This document shows positions 9,888 to 20,608 of a stretch of 64,000 nt of DNA, in pieces. The stretch is from an uncultured Gammaproteobacteria bacterium (lineage in GTDB: Bacteria > Pseudomonadota > Gammaproteobacteria > JACCXJ01), in contig CAVXTM010000012.1 in NCBI GenBank assembly GCA_963764725.1, forward strand, positions 32,001 to 96,000, in the 5' to 3' direction. The translations under genes were made by a program, and so were the position numbers. The notes beneath the pieces were generated by a model. That model had not been told where the DNA came from, did no database searches, and saw only the letters and a list, made by a program, of their open reading frames with translations. Numbering within the stretch: position 1 is the stretch's first letter; every line of letters begins with the position of its first letter.

Positions 9888-10511
9888 TTATCCTCTCAGT
9901 GTGAAAACGATGGGAACGATAACCCATGCCCGAACCGAACGATCCCCAAGCTTCGCCGGTACAAATGTCCATTGCGAAACCGCCTCTCGCGCCGCCGAAT
10001 CAAGGCGCGCAAAACCACTGCTGCTGGTTACCTGAATATCCTCCGGATGACCTTCTACACTGACTAAAACCCGCAGCAGCACCCTACCCTTCTCCCCCAA
10101 ACGACGCGAAAGCGCCGGGTAACGCGGCGCCGGGTTGTTTAAGTAATTAGCAGAAAAACGCGGCGGCAGCGGCTCCGGTGGTACCTCGGTCTTCGGACCC
10201 CTCAGCGCCGGGGCTGCCTCGGCCACCGGCCCAGGCTCCGGCACAGACTCCTCCCAAGGGTGTATATGGATCGCGTTTGGTAAGAGACTCTTCTCGACCA
10301 CCTTCTTCGGCTTGGGTTTGGGTTTAGGCTTGGGCTGCGGAACCACCTCGACTTTCGGCGGCGCCGGCGACTCTATTAGGGTAACCATCAGCGGATGCGG
10401 CGCTTGCAACAGTACCGCCCTCCCCGGCTTGTAGTGCGCAGCGCACACCAACGCAACCACGTGTAAGCCTATCGCTAGCAATAAACTAACAAACGAATGA
10501 TCCTCCCTCAA
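9888..10511 (-). CDS. tonB: Energy transducer TonB
   Basis: N-terminal TM, PK repeats, PRYPALSRRLGEKGRV, SSG..LD. Confidence 0.93.
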   Translation of the reverse strand: MREDHSFVSLLLAIGLHVVALVCAAHYKPGRAVLLQAPHPLMVTLIESPAPPKVEVVPQPKPKPKPKPKKVVEKSLLPNAIHIHPWEESVPEPGPVAEAAPALRGPKTEVPPEPLPPRFSANYLNNPAPRYPALSRRLGEKGRVLLRVLVSVEGHPEDIQVTSSSGFARLDSAAREAVSQWTFVPAKLGDRSVRAWVIVPIVFTLRG

Positions 10512-10533
10512 ACCTTGGCGACCCCCGCGCCCG

Positions 10534-11550
10534 CTACTTTTTGGCCCAGATGACGATCCCGGTGACCGATAAGATACACACCATGAGACCTGTTATAGAG
10601 ATCATAATTCGTCCGGGAAGGCCCGCGATCTGGCCGCTATGCATCGGATACTGCAGCTGGGCGAAGACATCACCTGCCGTGCCCTCTCCAGGCCGATGCG
10701 CGCCGGTCGGCAAACCGGTTACTCCATCGAAATAGAGCCAGCGGTTTCCGAGTCCAGGGGCACGGTCTAGCCCAAAACCCACACCAAACACTCCATAAAG
10801 AGGATCGTAGAAAATACCGTTTGCCGAATCCTGCCAGCCGAATGATTCCGCTTCACGGAGCGCCGCGTTCAGGATCTCGCGAAATGATACGCGAGCCTCG
10901 ATCGGTTGTTCGGGCGAGTGCTCTTCTCGTACATCGAACGGCGAGGGAGTCAGCGGTGAGAAAATTTCAACGACCGGCTCGAAAACCTCGTCATGGAGAT
11001 TAAAGGAAATGCTGCTTACGGCCATTACCAAGAGCAGGAACCAGAACCACAGACCACCGGCGCGATGGAGATCGAAATTGAACCGATAGCGGCTTCCGGT
11101 ACGCTTAATGCGCCAGGAGATTTTCCAGCGCTGCCAGAAGGTTTTCGTAACGTTGAGATGTTTGTTCGCCGCTGTGCGCGGATGCTCTTTGAGGCGCGCG
11201 GGCAAGGTCAAATAAAAGCCAAAAAAACAATCGAATACCCATACCAGGCCGATGATACCCATCAACCAAACTCCCCAGTTTCCAGGTAGATATAAGGAAT
11301 AGTGAACAGAGTAGAGGAAGGGAAGTAGATGTTTACGCTCCAAACAACATGCGCCCCATAGCCGTTTACCCAATATCTGTCCAGTCGCAGGATCAACAAA
11401 TATCTCGTCGAAACCAAGTGCAGGTGACTTACCCGTAGCGGCATCCCGTCGCGGCGCGACGCGAACGACCCTACTGTGGTTTGGCTCGGTGCGTAGCGGC
11501 AGGGCCTTCGAGGGACCCGTCAAGAACTCAAAGCCAACCCGTTGCTTCAA
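10534..11550 (-). pseudogene. PepSY-associated TM-helix protein, apparently N-terminally truncated
   Basis: VDPATGQILG, LHYSL-like, FDLHRAGG, MHSG motifs; first TM/His motif missing. Confidence 0.7.
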
Positions 11551-11576
11551 CTTGCGCCGCCCTGCCGACCAATGGC

Positions 11577-11762
11577 TTAGCTAGGATTGCAGTGCAATAC
11601 AATGCTATTCATGAAGCCCCTCGGGACATAGGCGGAATCCTCGGGCGACAAAGCCACGCCCACGCATTGGCAGGGCAGAGGCGATCTCGCACTGCATTCG
11701 AACAGCGTGCCACATCGGGGACAGAGCTGGAGACGGAAGAGAAATGTGCTATCCGCGGTCAC
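11577..11762 (-). CDS. Small cysteine-rich (CWC-like) protein, possibly degenerate
   Basis: CPRCGTLFEC..PCQC; overlaps the stop of the TIR gene. Confidence 0.5.
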   Translation of the reverse strand: MTADSTFLFRLQLCPRCGTLFECSARSPLPCQCVGVALSPEDSAYVPRGFMNSIVLHCNPS

Positions 11763-12643
11763 TCGCGTTTGAATGCGAGAATCATCGCCAAATCATGTTC
11801 GGCCGCGGCGTAGTCGATTTCATCTTGTTTGGCCAAAGCAATGGCCCGGTGGATGAAGAACTCCGCCGCATCAAGATCCCGTTCAAAGATCAGGATGCTG
11901 CCCAGACCGTTAAGTGCCGAATAATCGTTCGGGTTGACGAAGAGCGCCTCGAAGAAAAAGCGTTCGGCCCGCTCGATCAATCGATCTATGGGCGGACGGC
12001 CCGCCTGGATCGCTGCCCAGTGCTTCAGCATGTAGGCGTTCTTGTGGTGATACCCTGCGAGGTTGAGCACCATCTGTTCCAGGGGCCATGCCTTTTCGGC
12101 ATCGACCGTGACGCCGTCCACGAGCTGCTGCTTCTCCTTGGCACCCTGAAGATCCCGATTCGCCAGGCGATCCGTTACCTCTCTTTGACCCTGGACGATT
12201 CGCTGGATAGTCTGCTGGAGTTCCCGGCTCTGACTGCTCATCATGGTCGGGATCTCGTTCGCCGCATCCGGGGACTCGCGAACGGCACGGCGGAGGCGCT
12301 CGACCCAATCGGTCTTGCGGCCCTGCAGATTCAGATAGATGGTGTTCTGAAGGAAGTACGGCAATCGCGTGTTATCGCGCACACAGGCCACGATAAACCG
12401 GTTCAGATGAAAGGCGGTCAGCACTTCGGCGGCAACCCAGCGGGACTTTGCCGCTGCCTTCGACCAGAGAAGGATCAAGACGCGGCTGTTCTTGATGGCA
12501 GTCTGCAGTTCCTTGCGCAACAAGACCCCTAGACGGATTTCCGAATGGTCCAACCACACCTTCGAGCCGTCCTCCTCAAGAAGTTCTTCTAGCCGTGCGG
12601 CCGGCGCGGCGTCTTTCGATGCATGGCTAATGAACGCGTTCAT
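11759..12643 (-). CDS. TIR-domain protein with TPR-like C-terminus
   Basis: AFISHASKD, VWLD, LLWSKAAAKSRWVAAEV; ALFVNPNDYSALNGLG. Confidence 0.88.
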   Translation of the reverse strand: MNAFISHASKDAAPAARLEELLEEDGSKVWLDHSEIRLGVLLRKELQTAIKNSRVLILLWSKAAAKSRWVAAEVLTAFHLNRFIVACVRDNTRLPYFLQNTIYLNLQGRKTDWVERLRRAVRESPDAANEIPTMMSSQSRELQQTIQRIVQGQREVTDRLANRDLQGAKEKQQLVDGVTVDAEKAWPLEQMVLNLAGYHHKNAYMLKHWAAIQAGRPPIDRLIERAERFFFEALFVNPNDYSALNGLGSILIFERDLDAAEFFIHRAIALAKQDEIDYAAAEHDLAMILAFKRE

Positions 12644-13475
12644 CTCTTATCACCACTGATGGCTGTCTCCTTGCCGCCCAACGAGAAAAAGATAAGCTAC
12701 TGCGGAGCACGGCTGTCATGATCAAAATCGGGGCTGAGTCCGGCCATTTCTCCCTAACTCGTTTCCTCTAGCCGCCACCCTTGCTCCCAGACATCGCTCC
12801 TATCGGTGCCTCCGAGTTCCGACAGCTGGCGAAACTCTTGATCCATTCATTTACTCTCGACCGGTGTTTCATTTTGCCGCGATGACGGCGTTGCCCCAGA
12901 GTTAAGAGGATCAGGTCGCGTAGGAGGTGCGAACCAACTCATAACGATGATAAATACGGTTATAATGGCCCAGATCCACATAAAAATATTCAAGCCCTTT
13001 GACTGGGCAATTCGAGAAACCCATTGCCTGAAACTCATAGTAATAAACCTCTTCCCTAAACTCGATTTCAACAACAGCTAGGTCTTTCAGATTAGCATGT
13101 GCGACGAAGGTGAAACAACGAGTGAGTAAGATAGGACTCTTGCCCATAGTAAGCGCGTCCAATTCAAAGAATACATCGGGAGAAGCGCATGACCACGAAA
13201 GCCGAGGACATCAGAGCCGTATCGCAACCAGGCTTCTTTGCGGGAGAAAAGCGCTGCCGATGATCTGCTCAACGAACTCGCCAAGCTCGCGGTCGGCTGA
13301 GCAGTACCGCTGACGGGCCATGGGATACTCGACCGGCAAGTGCAGTTTCTTCTACATCGTCCCCGCAAGCTTATTTTGCGACTATAAATAGTGATGTCTA
13401 TAATTTGTGTGCTCCTCGCAACGCTTATATTCCTCAGCTCTCTTAGGCCCACTTGAACCCTGAATAGCAGTTCTA

Positions 13476-14573
13476 GTGGCCTGTAACATATAAGTTAGCA
13501 GTATAATCGCGGTCATGAAAACCGCGATAAAATTGATGGAAACCGAACGTGTGGAATTGACCAAGCGAGCCATAAGTCGGACGGGCCGTGCGGAGGATGC
13601 GCGCCGCGCACGGTTGATTTTGTTGCTTGAGCAAGGCCACACATGGGCTGAGATTCGAAGCAAGCTCGCATGCAATGATGGGTTTATCAATAGCTGGAGC
13701 AAACGTTTTAGTGACGAGCGGCTTGCCGGTTTGTACAGTCGGCACAGGGGACAGCCGGCGAACAAACTCGATGTGCGAGGCGAAGCGAAGATCTTGGCCT
13801 GGACCACCAAGAAGAAACCGCCCGATGGCTCCACGCATTGGAGCACCCGCAAGCTTGCGCGCGAGCTTGGGCTTTCTCATATGATGGTAGCGCGGGTATG
13901 GGCTAAGCATGGGTTGAAACCCCATCGGGTGGAGCGCTATATGGCTTCCAACGACCCGGACTTCGAGGCTAAGGCGGCTGACATCATTGGGTTGTATCTG
14001 AACCCCCCGCAACACGCCGCGGTCTTCTGCGTGGACGAGAAGACCGCCATCCAAGCCTTGAACCGTAAAGACCCGCTGCTGCCGCTCTCCCCGGGACGCG
14101 CCGAGCGGCACGGCTTTGAGTATTACCGGCACGGCACCTTGAGTCTGTACGCCGCCTTCAACACCAAAACCGGAGGGATTCTGGGTAAGACCGCCGATCG
14201 CCATACCTCCGCGGAGTTTGTCGCGTTTTTGACCGACATCGTGGCGAGCCAACCCAAGAACAAGGAGATCCATGTCATCGCGGATAACCTCTCGGCTCAC
14301 AAGACCAAGCGGGTAGAAGAGTTCCTTGACCAGCATCCGAACGTGCGTCTTCATTTCATCCCCACTTACTCCTCTTGGCTAAACCAAGTGGAGCTGTGGT
14401 TCGCCAAGATCGAGCGCGATGTCATCGCCCGCGGCATCTTCACTTCGGTCAATGATCTTAAAAGAAAACTCATGCGCTATATCCGTCACTACAACAAGAA
14501 ACCTAAAACCGTGAAGTGGAAATACTTTGATCCCTCACGCCGCATCACTACTAAAGTGCCTGTTACAGGTCAC
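13476..14573 (+). mobile_element. IS630-family insertion sequence
   Basis: TIRs GTGGCCTGTAACA / TGTTACAGGTCAC; TA duplicated in CTAG context at 13474-5 and 14574-5. Confidence 0.93.
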
Positions 14574-14576
14574 TAG
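13515..14576 (+). CDS. IS630 transposase
   Basis: THWSTRKLA, CVDEKT, YYRHGT, IADN, SSWLNQVE. Confidence 0.95.
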   Translation: MKTAIKLMETERVELTKRAISRTGRAEDARRARLILLLEQGHTWAEIRSKLACNDGFINSWSKRFSDERLAGLYSRHRGQPANKLDVRGEAKILAWTTKKKPPDGSTHWSTRKLARELGLSHMMVARVWAKHGLKPHRVERYMASNDPDFEAKAADIIGLYLNPPQHAAVFCVDEKTAIQALNRKDPLLPLSPGRAERHGFEYYRHGTLSLYAAFNTKTGGILGKTADRHTSAEFVAFLTDIVASQPKNKEIHVIADNLSAHKTKRVEEFLDQHPNVRLHFIPTYSSWLNQVELWFAKIERDVIARGIFTSVNDLKRKLMRYIRHYNKKPKTVKWKYFDPSRRITTKVPVTGH

Positions 14577-14700
14577 CAATTAGGTTGGCCACCCAGTACC
14601 AAGACCTTTTGCGATGCGGCCTATCATGCACTTGCTATCGTACAAGGTGGAGTATTGGTCACTGCCGACCGAAAGTATCTGCCATCATTCACGCATTTGG
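14577..14700 (+). pseudogene. PIN/VapC toxin C-terminal remnant next to IS630
   Basis: FCDAAYHALAIVQGGVLVTADRKYL. Confidence 0.65.
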
Positions 14701-14715
14701 ACAGCTGAGAGCACC

Positions 14716-14976
14716 ATGGCGAAATTGAAACACGAGACAGAGTTGGTGAAGGCGGCAATTGCGGCAGGAGTGAAGTATGCTGAGGATCGCGGCGCCGCCA
14801 TATTTGAGCCTACGGATTCGGCCAGTGAGAAGATTCTGTATATCTACCGTCTGCTGGTGCACGACAAGGTGATTCAACCTTTGCCAGAAGACAAGGTCTC
14901 GCAACAAAGCATGCGACACAAGCTGGCCATATGGTACTCGAAGCGTTTGCCGAAAGATGATCCGCTGATGAAATAA
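14716..14976 (+). CDS. DUF5062-like protein
   Basis: YIYRLLVHDKVIQPLP..MRHKLAIW. Confidence 0.75.
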   Translation: MAKLKHETELVKAAIAAGVKYAEDRGAAIFEPTDSASEKILYIYRLLVHDKVIQPLPEDKVSQQSMRHKLAIWYSKRLPKDDPLMK

Positions 14977-15090
14977 TCGGGGCTTTTAATACTGACATTT
15001 TGCACAAGTGGAGCAATCACCCGCTCGGCTTTGCGCGGGGTCGGCATAGCACTCAATGTACCGCTCGCGGATCCGGGCGACGGTTATGTG

Positions 15091-16728
15091 TTAAGGCTGC
15101 AGTCGTTCCTCCTGTCCGCCAGTAACGCAGGTATTGGGGGTATGTGACCTTGGAAGTGGCCTTCCCGGTTGTGGACGGAACACGTGATCAAATACTGGCT
15201 GCCCGACCCGTTCTTCGATACCCCGGAGGGTACCTAGTTCGGTAACGGCCGCAGCCCGCAAGAACTCTTCCGCCCACCAGAAGACATCGTGCTTGCGGAT
15301 GGATCGCTGCAACCCGTGCATCCTCCTCCGGCGTTCTTCTCCCGTCATGCCGTATGCCCGGTAGATCGCCTCGGCCATGCCTTCGGTGTCGCAGGGATCG
15401 ATCAGCAAAGCGCCTCTTCCCAATTGCTCCGCGGCGCCGGCGAATTTGCTCAGGATCAGCACCCCTGCATCGTCGGTGCTGCATGCACAATACTCCTTCG
15501 CCACCAGATTCATGCCGTCCTTAAGCGGCGTTACCAAGGAGATATCCGCGGCGCGGTAGTAGGTGAGGAGATCTGACCGGCTGAGGCAACCAAACACATA
15601 CCAGACCGGCAGCCAGTCACCGGGCCTAGCCCATTCGCCGTTGATCCCGCGCACGAGCTGCTCGATCGTCATCTTGAGCTTCGCGTATTCGGGAATCTTG
15701 ACCCGGCTTGGCACAACCACCTGAAGCAACGAGATCCGCCCGCGGAGCTCCGGATAGCGGGCCAGCGCGCTCCTGAAAGCCTGCAAACGGTATGGAATAC
15801 CCTTGGTATAATCGAGACGATCCACACTGAAGATAAGCTTGCGCTCGGAGAGGCGATCGCGAAGCGCTTTGACCTTGTTCGCCACCAACGGCTTCGCGGC
15901 CTGTGTGTGAAAGGCTCGGTAGTCGATGCTGATGGGAAAATGACCGATTTTCACTTCCCGATCGCGGGTCGCGGCCTTAACAACCTCACCCTTACCCTTT
16001 ACCTGGATCTCATTACAGAGGCACTGCAGGCACTGCACCAAATTGCGCTGATCCCGCAAGGTCTGGAGACCGATCAGATCGCATTCCAGCAATCCCTGCA
16101 GCAGGGACATACGCCACGGCAACTTCAAGAAGGTATCGAGCGGCGGAAACGGAACGTGCAGAAAAAACCCGATCTTCGATGTCACGCCGAGGCGGCGCAA
16201 CCCAGCGGCCACTGCCATGAGGTGGTAATCGTGGATCCAAATGAAATCGCCGGCTTGCGCCGTCTCACGGATCACCTCGGCGAATCGCCGGTTGACCTCG
16301 CGGTAGGCTTGCCAGTACCGCAGTTCATAATTGCAGAGCGTTTCCAGATCGTGGAACAACGGCCAGAGGATTTCGTTGGCAAATCCATGGTAGAAATTCT
16401 GGATTTCCGCGGCGCTCAAGATCACCGGCTTGAGCGCATAGCCTAGCTGCTCGCTCGCGTCCGCCACTGCGCGATTGATGTCCTCTCGGCCCGCCGTGGC
16501 TCCCGGCCAGCCGATCCAGATCCCGCCGCGATCGCGCAATACGGGAGCCAGCGCCGTCACCAAACCGCCTGAACCGGGCTCCGGCCGCAAGTGGCCATCA
16601 TCGCCCGTGCGAAACACGACGGGTAACCGATTCGAGACCACGATTAGCCGGTTTCTGCGCTTACGCAGGCTCAATGCTTGGGGTCGCAGCCACGAGCGGC
16701 GCGTTTGGGAATGTACGCGGATTGCCAT
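15091..16728 (-). CDS. otsA: Trehalose-6-phosphate synthase (GT20)
   Basis: VSNRLP, GGLVTAL, WIHDYH, FLHVPFP, DRLDYTKG, DGMNLVAKEY; start uncertain. Confidence 0.92.
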   Translation of the reverse strand: MAIRVHSQTRRSWLRPQALSLRKRRNRLIVVSNRLPVVFRTGDDGHLRPEPGSGGLVTALAPVLRDRGGIWIGWPGATAGREDINRAVADASEQLGYALKPVILSAAEIQNFYHGFANEILWPLFHDLETLCNYELRYWQAYREVNRRFAEVIRETAQAGDFIWIHDYHLMAVAAGLRRLGVTSKIGFFLHVPFPPLDTFLKLPWRMSLLQGLLECDLIGLQTLRDQRNLVQCLQCLCNEIQVKGKGEVVKAATRDREVKIGHFPISIDYRAFHTQAAKPLVANKVKALRDRLSERKLIFSVDRLDYTKGIPYRLQAFRSALARYPELRGRISLLQVVVPSRVKIPEYAKLKMTIEQLVRGINGEWARPGDWLPVWYVFGCLSRSDLLTYYRAADISLVTPLKDGMNLVAKEYCACSTDDAGVLILSKFAGAAEQLGRGALLIDPCDTEGMAEAIYRAYGMTGEERRRRMHGLQRSIRKHDVFWWAEEFLRAAAVTELGTLRGIEERVGQPVFDHVFRPQPGRPLPRSHTPNTCVTGGQEERLQP

Positions 16729-17020
16729 CGCAAATCATGGGGCCGCGGGAAGAACATGCCGGCTGGCGATTCGCTCATGGCGGTGGACGATTTTTGCAGC
16801 CGGATGAGGAACCGTCTCCAGTTGCGTCTTAGGATCTCTCGTTGCATGGTTGAACCCCTTTGTTACAATTCCAGCGACCTCGCCGGAAATCGCCCGGCGA
16901 GGCCCTCACAGGGCAAAGCCGCAAAGCGCCGTGGTTACCGCTCTCGCCCGAAGACATTTTATAAGCCGGGCCGCAAATCCTTAGCCGCGGTTTGGCTCGC
17001 CAAACTCGCATAGATCCTGG

Positions 17021-17155
17021 GCAACGCCTATGCCATTGCGTTGTATTGATATTCCGATTAATAACATCAACGGGTTAGCGCTATACGCGCCGTAGTTAGC
17101 CAGGCTCCTTTCGATCCGGGTCGGTCAGGTTTACCGTTTGCGCCGTAAGCCTTAC
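17021..17155 (-). promoter_or_regulatory. sigma54 promoter, IHF site and tandem UAS for the otsA locus
   Basis: TGGCATAGGCGTTGC (17035-17021); ATCAACGGGTTA ~17066; GTCA-GGT-TTAC 17124 and GTAA-GCC-TTAC 17145. Confidence 0.82.
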
Positions 17156-17253
17156 AATCGGGGCACGCAGTGCCATGGCTGATGAAGACCGAGCGGCGCC
17201 AGCGTAAACCACGCCATCAGCGAGTTACTCGCTCCAATAGAAGAGGCTGCATC

Positions 17254-18597
17254 ATGTCCCATGTGCTGATAGTCGATGACGATGTCGATGCCGCAGCGGG
17301 TCTGACCGAGTTGGTCGCTCGCGAGGGGTTTACCACGGCCACCGCGCACAACTTGAAGGAGGCGTTCGAGCAGATGGCGCGGCAGCGCCCTGACGCGGTG
17401 CTGCTTGACATTAAATTGCCCGACGGCAGCGGCATGGAGTTGTTCGAGAACATCGAATATCGCAACACCACGGAGATCGTCCTCATCACCGGCTACGCCA
17501 GCCTGGAGACCTCGGTGGAGGCGCTGCGCCTCGGCGCGGCCGATTACCTGACCAAGCCGGTGAATTTTAGACAGGTAAAGAAGATCCTGGCGCGCATCGC
17601 CCGGCCCCCCGAACTCAAGGCCGAGATCGGCCGGCTGCGCGGGGAGCTCCGCAGCCTCGGGCGCTTCGGCCCGCTAGTCGGCCAGTCCGCCGCCATGCAA
17701 AGCGTCTACGATCAAATCGCCCGCGTCGCGCCGACCGCGGCGACCGTGCTGATCACAGGGGAGAGCGGTACCGGCAAGGAACTGGTCGCGCAGACCGTGC
17801 ATGAGCTTAGCCGGCGGCGGAAACAACTCTTTCTGCCGGTCAATTGCAGCGCGATCTCGCCCGAACTGCTGGAAAGCGAGGTCTTCGGTCACGAAAAAGG
17901 GAGCTTTACGGGAGCGACGCGCGAGCACAAAGGCTATTTCCAGCGCGCGGACGGCGGGACTTTGTTCTTAGATGAGATCACGGAGATGCCGATCGAGCTG
18001 CAGGCCAAGCTGCTCCGGGTGCTGGAAACCGGGAGCTTCTTGCGGGTGGGCGCCGAACAGCCCATCGAGACCGACGTGCGGGTGATCGCCGCGACCAACC
18101 GAGAGCCCGCGGAGGCAGTGACGCAGGGCAAGCTCCGCGAAGACTTGCTCTATCGCCTTCAGGTCTTCCCGCTGCACCTGCCGCCCCTGCGCGAGCGAGA
18201 GAAGGACATCGAGCTCCTGGTGAACCATTCTCTGGCCGAATTGAATCAAGCCGAGGGCATGGCGAAGACCTTGTCCCGAGAGGCCCTCGCGCAGTTCCGC
18301 AGCCATTCTTGGCGGGGCAACGTGCGCGAGCTTAAGAATGTCCTCCAGCGCGCGTTTATCATGGCCGGCGAGATCATCGATAGCGACTGCCTGCCACCGG
18401 ATTTTGGCTCGGGGAAGGCCCAGTGCGACTTTTCTTCTAAGGATATACCCGTCGGTCTCAGCATCGCCGAGGCGGAGCGGCGCTTAATCCTCGCGACCTT
18501 GGCGCATTGCGGTGGCAATAAGGAAAATACCGCACAGATGCTCGGGATCAGTCTCAAGACTCTGTATAATCGGTTGCGCGATTACGGGTCGGATTAA
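17254..18597 (+). CDS. sigma54-dependent response regulator (REC, AAA+, Fis-HTH)
   Basis: VLIVDDD, LLDIKLP, GESGTGKE, GSFTGA, FLDEI, GNVREL, LGISLKTLYNRL. Confidence 0.96.
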   Translation: MSHVLIVDDDVDAAAGLTELVAREGFTTATAHNLKEAFEQMARQRPDAVLLDIKLPDGSGMELFENIEYRNTTEIVLITGYASLETSVEALRLGAADYLTKPVNFRQVKKILARIARPPELKAEIGRLRGELRSLGRFGPLVGQSAAMQSVYDQIARVAPTAATVLITGESGTGKELVAQTVHELSRRRKQLFLPVNCSAISPELLESEVFGHEKGSFTGATREHKGYFQRADGGTLFLDEITEMPIELQAKLLRVLETGSFLRVGAEQPIETDVRVIAATNREPAEAVTQGKLREDLLYRLQVFPLHLPPLREREKDIELLVNHSLAELNQAEGMAKTLSREALAQFRSHSWRGNVRELKNVLQRAFIMAGEIIDSDCLPPDFGSGKAQCDFSSKDIPVGLSIAEAERRLILATLAHCGGNKENTAQMLGISLKTLYNRLRDYGSD

Positions 18598-18917
18598 CGC
18601 CTGCGCTCCTGTTCTGCGGGGTCTAGAAACCGCGGCGAAGCTTTTTGCAGACCAGCATACTGTACATAAAATCAACTGTAACACCAGCAGTTGTCCGCTG
18701 CCCGCCGCGTTCCGCGCAGTCACTGATGTTGCTGCCTGGTCCTTTGTATTTACGACACCGAAACCGGCGATTCTTACCGATGGATCCACACTCGCAGGCG
18801 CTGAGCCGTTCGCCGAAGGTCGGAGCTTGCCGGACTATCACGCGGCTGCGGGGACTGACCGGCTTCCACCCGGCCGAGGGCTTTAAATGCCGATCGAGGC
18901 TGCCGAGGGGGCGGCGG

Positions 18918-19053
18918 GTAAGGTTTACAGAGGCGCGGGTAACCCTTACCGATCCTCCCAGCCCAATCGCTTTCCAGGCGCCGCATCGATCGCGACAATG
19001 CCGTGTGCTTCAATTAGATGCATACCTTGGCCACGCCGTGGCATAGGCATTGC
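18918..19053 (+). promoter_or_regulatory. Tandem UAS and sigma54 promoter for the rlpA-like gene
   Basis: GTAA-GGT-TTAC 18918, GTAA-CCC-TTAC 18939; TGGCATAGGCATTGC 19039-19053. Confidence 0.85.
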
Positions 19054-19094
19054 CGGATCCGCATTCAGGAGGGTTATTAACAGGAGGATTGAAT

Positions 19095-19568
19095 ATGTTA
19101 TCTGTGAAATCGTACTCATGGACCGTGGCGGTACCGGTCGCGTTTGTGTTGTCTGGATGCAGCGATGGCAGCGCCAAAACCGATAGAGCCAAGATCCATA
19201 AAGAACCAGCTTTCGAACAGACGGGGAAGGCATCGTGGTACGGACCCGGGTTCCATGGCAAGAAGACTGCGAACGGTGAGATCTATAACCAGAACGAGCT
19301 GACGGCAGCGCACCGAACCTTGCCCTTAGGGACCGAGGTGGAAGTCACCAATGTCAAGAATGGCAAATCGGTTGAGGTCGAGATCAACGATCGCGGGCCT
19401 TATGTAAGGGGGCGCGTCATCGACCTCTCGCGTGCCGCGGCCATCGAGCTTGGGATGAAAGAAAGAGGTCTGGCCGTGGTCCAGATCGAGGCCGAGTCCC
19501 TCCCCAAAGGAAAGGGCCGTAGCGCTGCCCAAGGTGCCGACGGGAGCGGAAAAATCGCCCACAACTAG
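19095..19568 (+). CDS. RlpA-family lipoprotein (DPBB domain)
   Basis: AGGAGG RBS, LSGC lipobox, GKASWYG, TAAHRTLP, INDRGP, IDLS. Confidence 0.92.
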   Translation: MLSVKSYSWTVAVPVAFVLSGCSDGSAKTDRAKIHKEPAFEQTGKASWYGPGFHGKKTANGEIYNQNELTAAHRTLPLGTEVEVTNVKNGKSVEVEINDRGPYVRGRVIDLSRAAAIELGMKERGLAVVQIEAESLPKGKGRSAAQGADGSGKIAHN

Positions 19569-19698
19569 GTCAAAAGCTCGTTCTGCCGCGATGGTACGAC
19601 AGGATCGTATGTCCAAACGCCGCGCGGCGATCCGACGCGCAGTGGCCCACATTGAAGCCTTTTAGCAACGGGTTGCGTGGCGCTCAGGGGATCGAGTA

Positions 19699-19899
19699 AT
19701 GAACGTTCAGACCACGGTAACGGCAAGCGAGATGGCGCTCGCCAAGATACTCGCACACCACTACGGCGACGGTACCGTTTACCTACCCACGGGCACGCCG
19801 CAGGTCCTATACATATCCTGCTTGCACCGAGGCTTGGTCAGTGTCGATGGCTGTGTCACGCGCAAAGGGCGCGAGCTGCTAGCACGCTATTCTTTGTAA
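19699..19899 (+). CDS. Small hypothetical protein
   Basis: Co-oriented ORF; GLVSVDGCVTRKGRELLA. Confidence 0.5.
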   Translation: MNVQTTVTASEMALAKILAHHYGDGTVYLPTGTPQVLYISCLHRGLVSVDGCVTRKGRELLARYSL

Positions 19900-19952
19900 C
19901 TGCTCTTAAACGGCCTCGTCGTAAATAACGCAGGTTAGTTTGCCAGAATGCC

Positions 19953-20608
19953 ATGCGTATTATGGACAGATCACTTCCACAACAGCGCGTGCCAGGCGAC
20001 CCGTGCGACTATGATTATACTCAGAACATAATAAGCCGCCGTCGATTCCTGACGTGGTGTGGCATGGCTGCGGCGCTGTGCATCGCGCCCGAACCTTTGA
20101 TGGCCGCTGCATCGAGATTAAAGAACAAGGCACGGCGTTTATGCTTCTATCATACGCACACCGGTGAGCGCTTGCAGATCGTGTACTGGGACAATCATGG
20201 GTACGTGAAAGAAGCGCTCGGCGAGATCGATCATCTCCTACGCGATCATCATACCAATGCAGTACACCGGATCGATCGGGGTTTGCTCGATCTCCTGCAC
20301 GGTATCAGCGTGTCACTGGGAAGGACCACCCCGTTGCATGTCCTCTCCGCTTATCGCTCGCCTGCTACGAATGCGAAGCTGCGCACACGCGGTACGCAGC
20401 GGCTGGGCATAGTCTGCACATGAAGGGGCGGGCAATCGACATCTACGTGCCTGGCGGTAGCCTCGCTGCTTTGCGCCGAACGGCCTTAGCGCTCAAAAGG
20501 GGCGGGGTAGGTTATTACCCGCGCAACGGTTTCGTGCACCTCGACGTCGGCCCGATCCGCTACTGGGAGAGGGCGGGTTCGAAGCGCTCCCGTCGGCGTG
20601 CGGCGTAG
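19953..20608 (+). pseudogene. YcbK/DUF882 (peptidase M15) Tat-exported protein, frameshifted near 20400
   Basis: SRRRFL, HTHTGE, LSAYRSPATN; second frame HMKGRAID, GGVGYYP..FVHLDVG. Confidence 0.88.
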
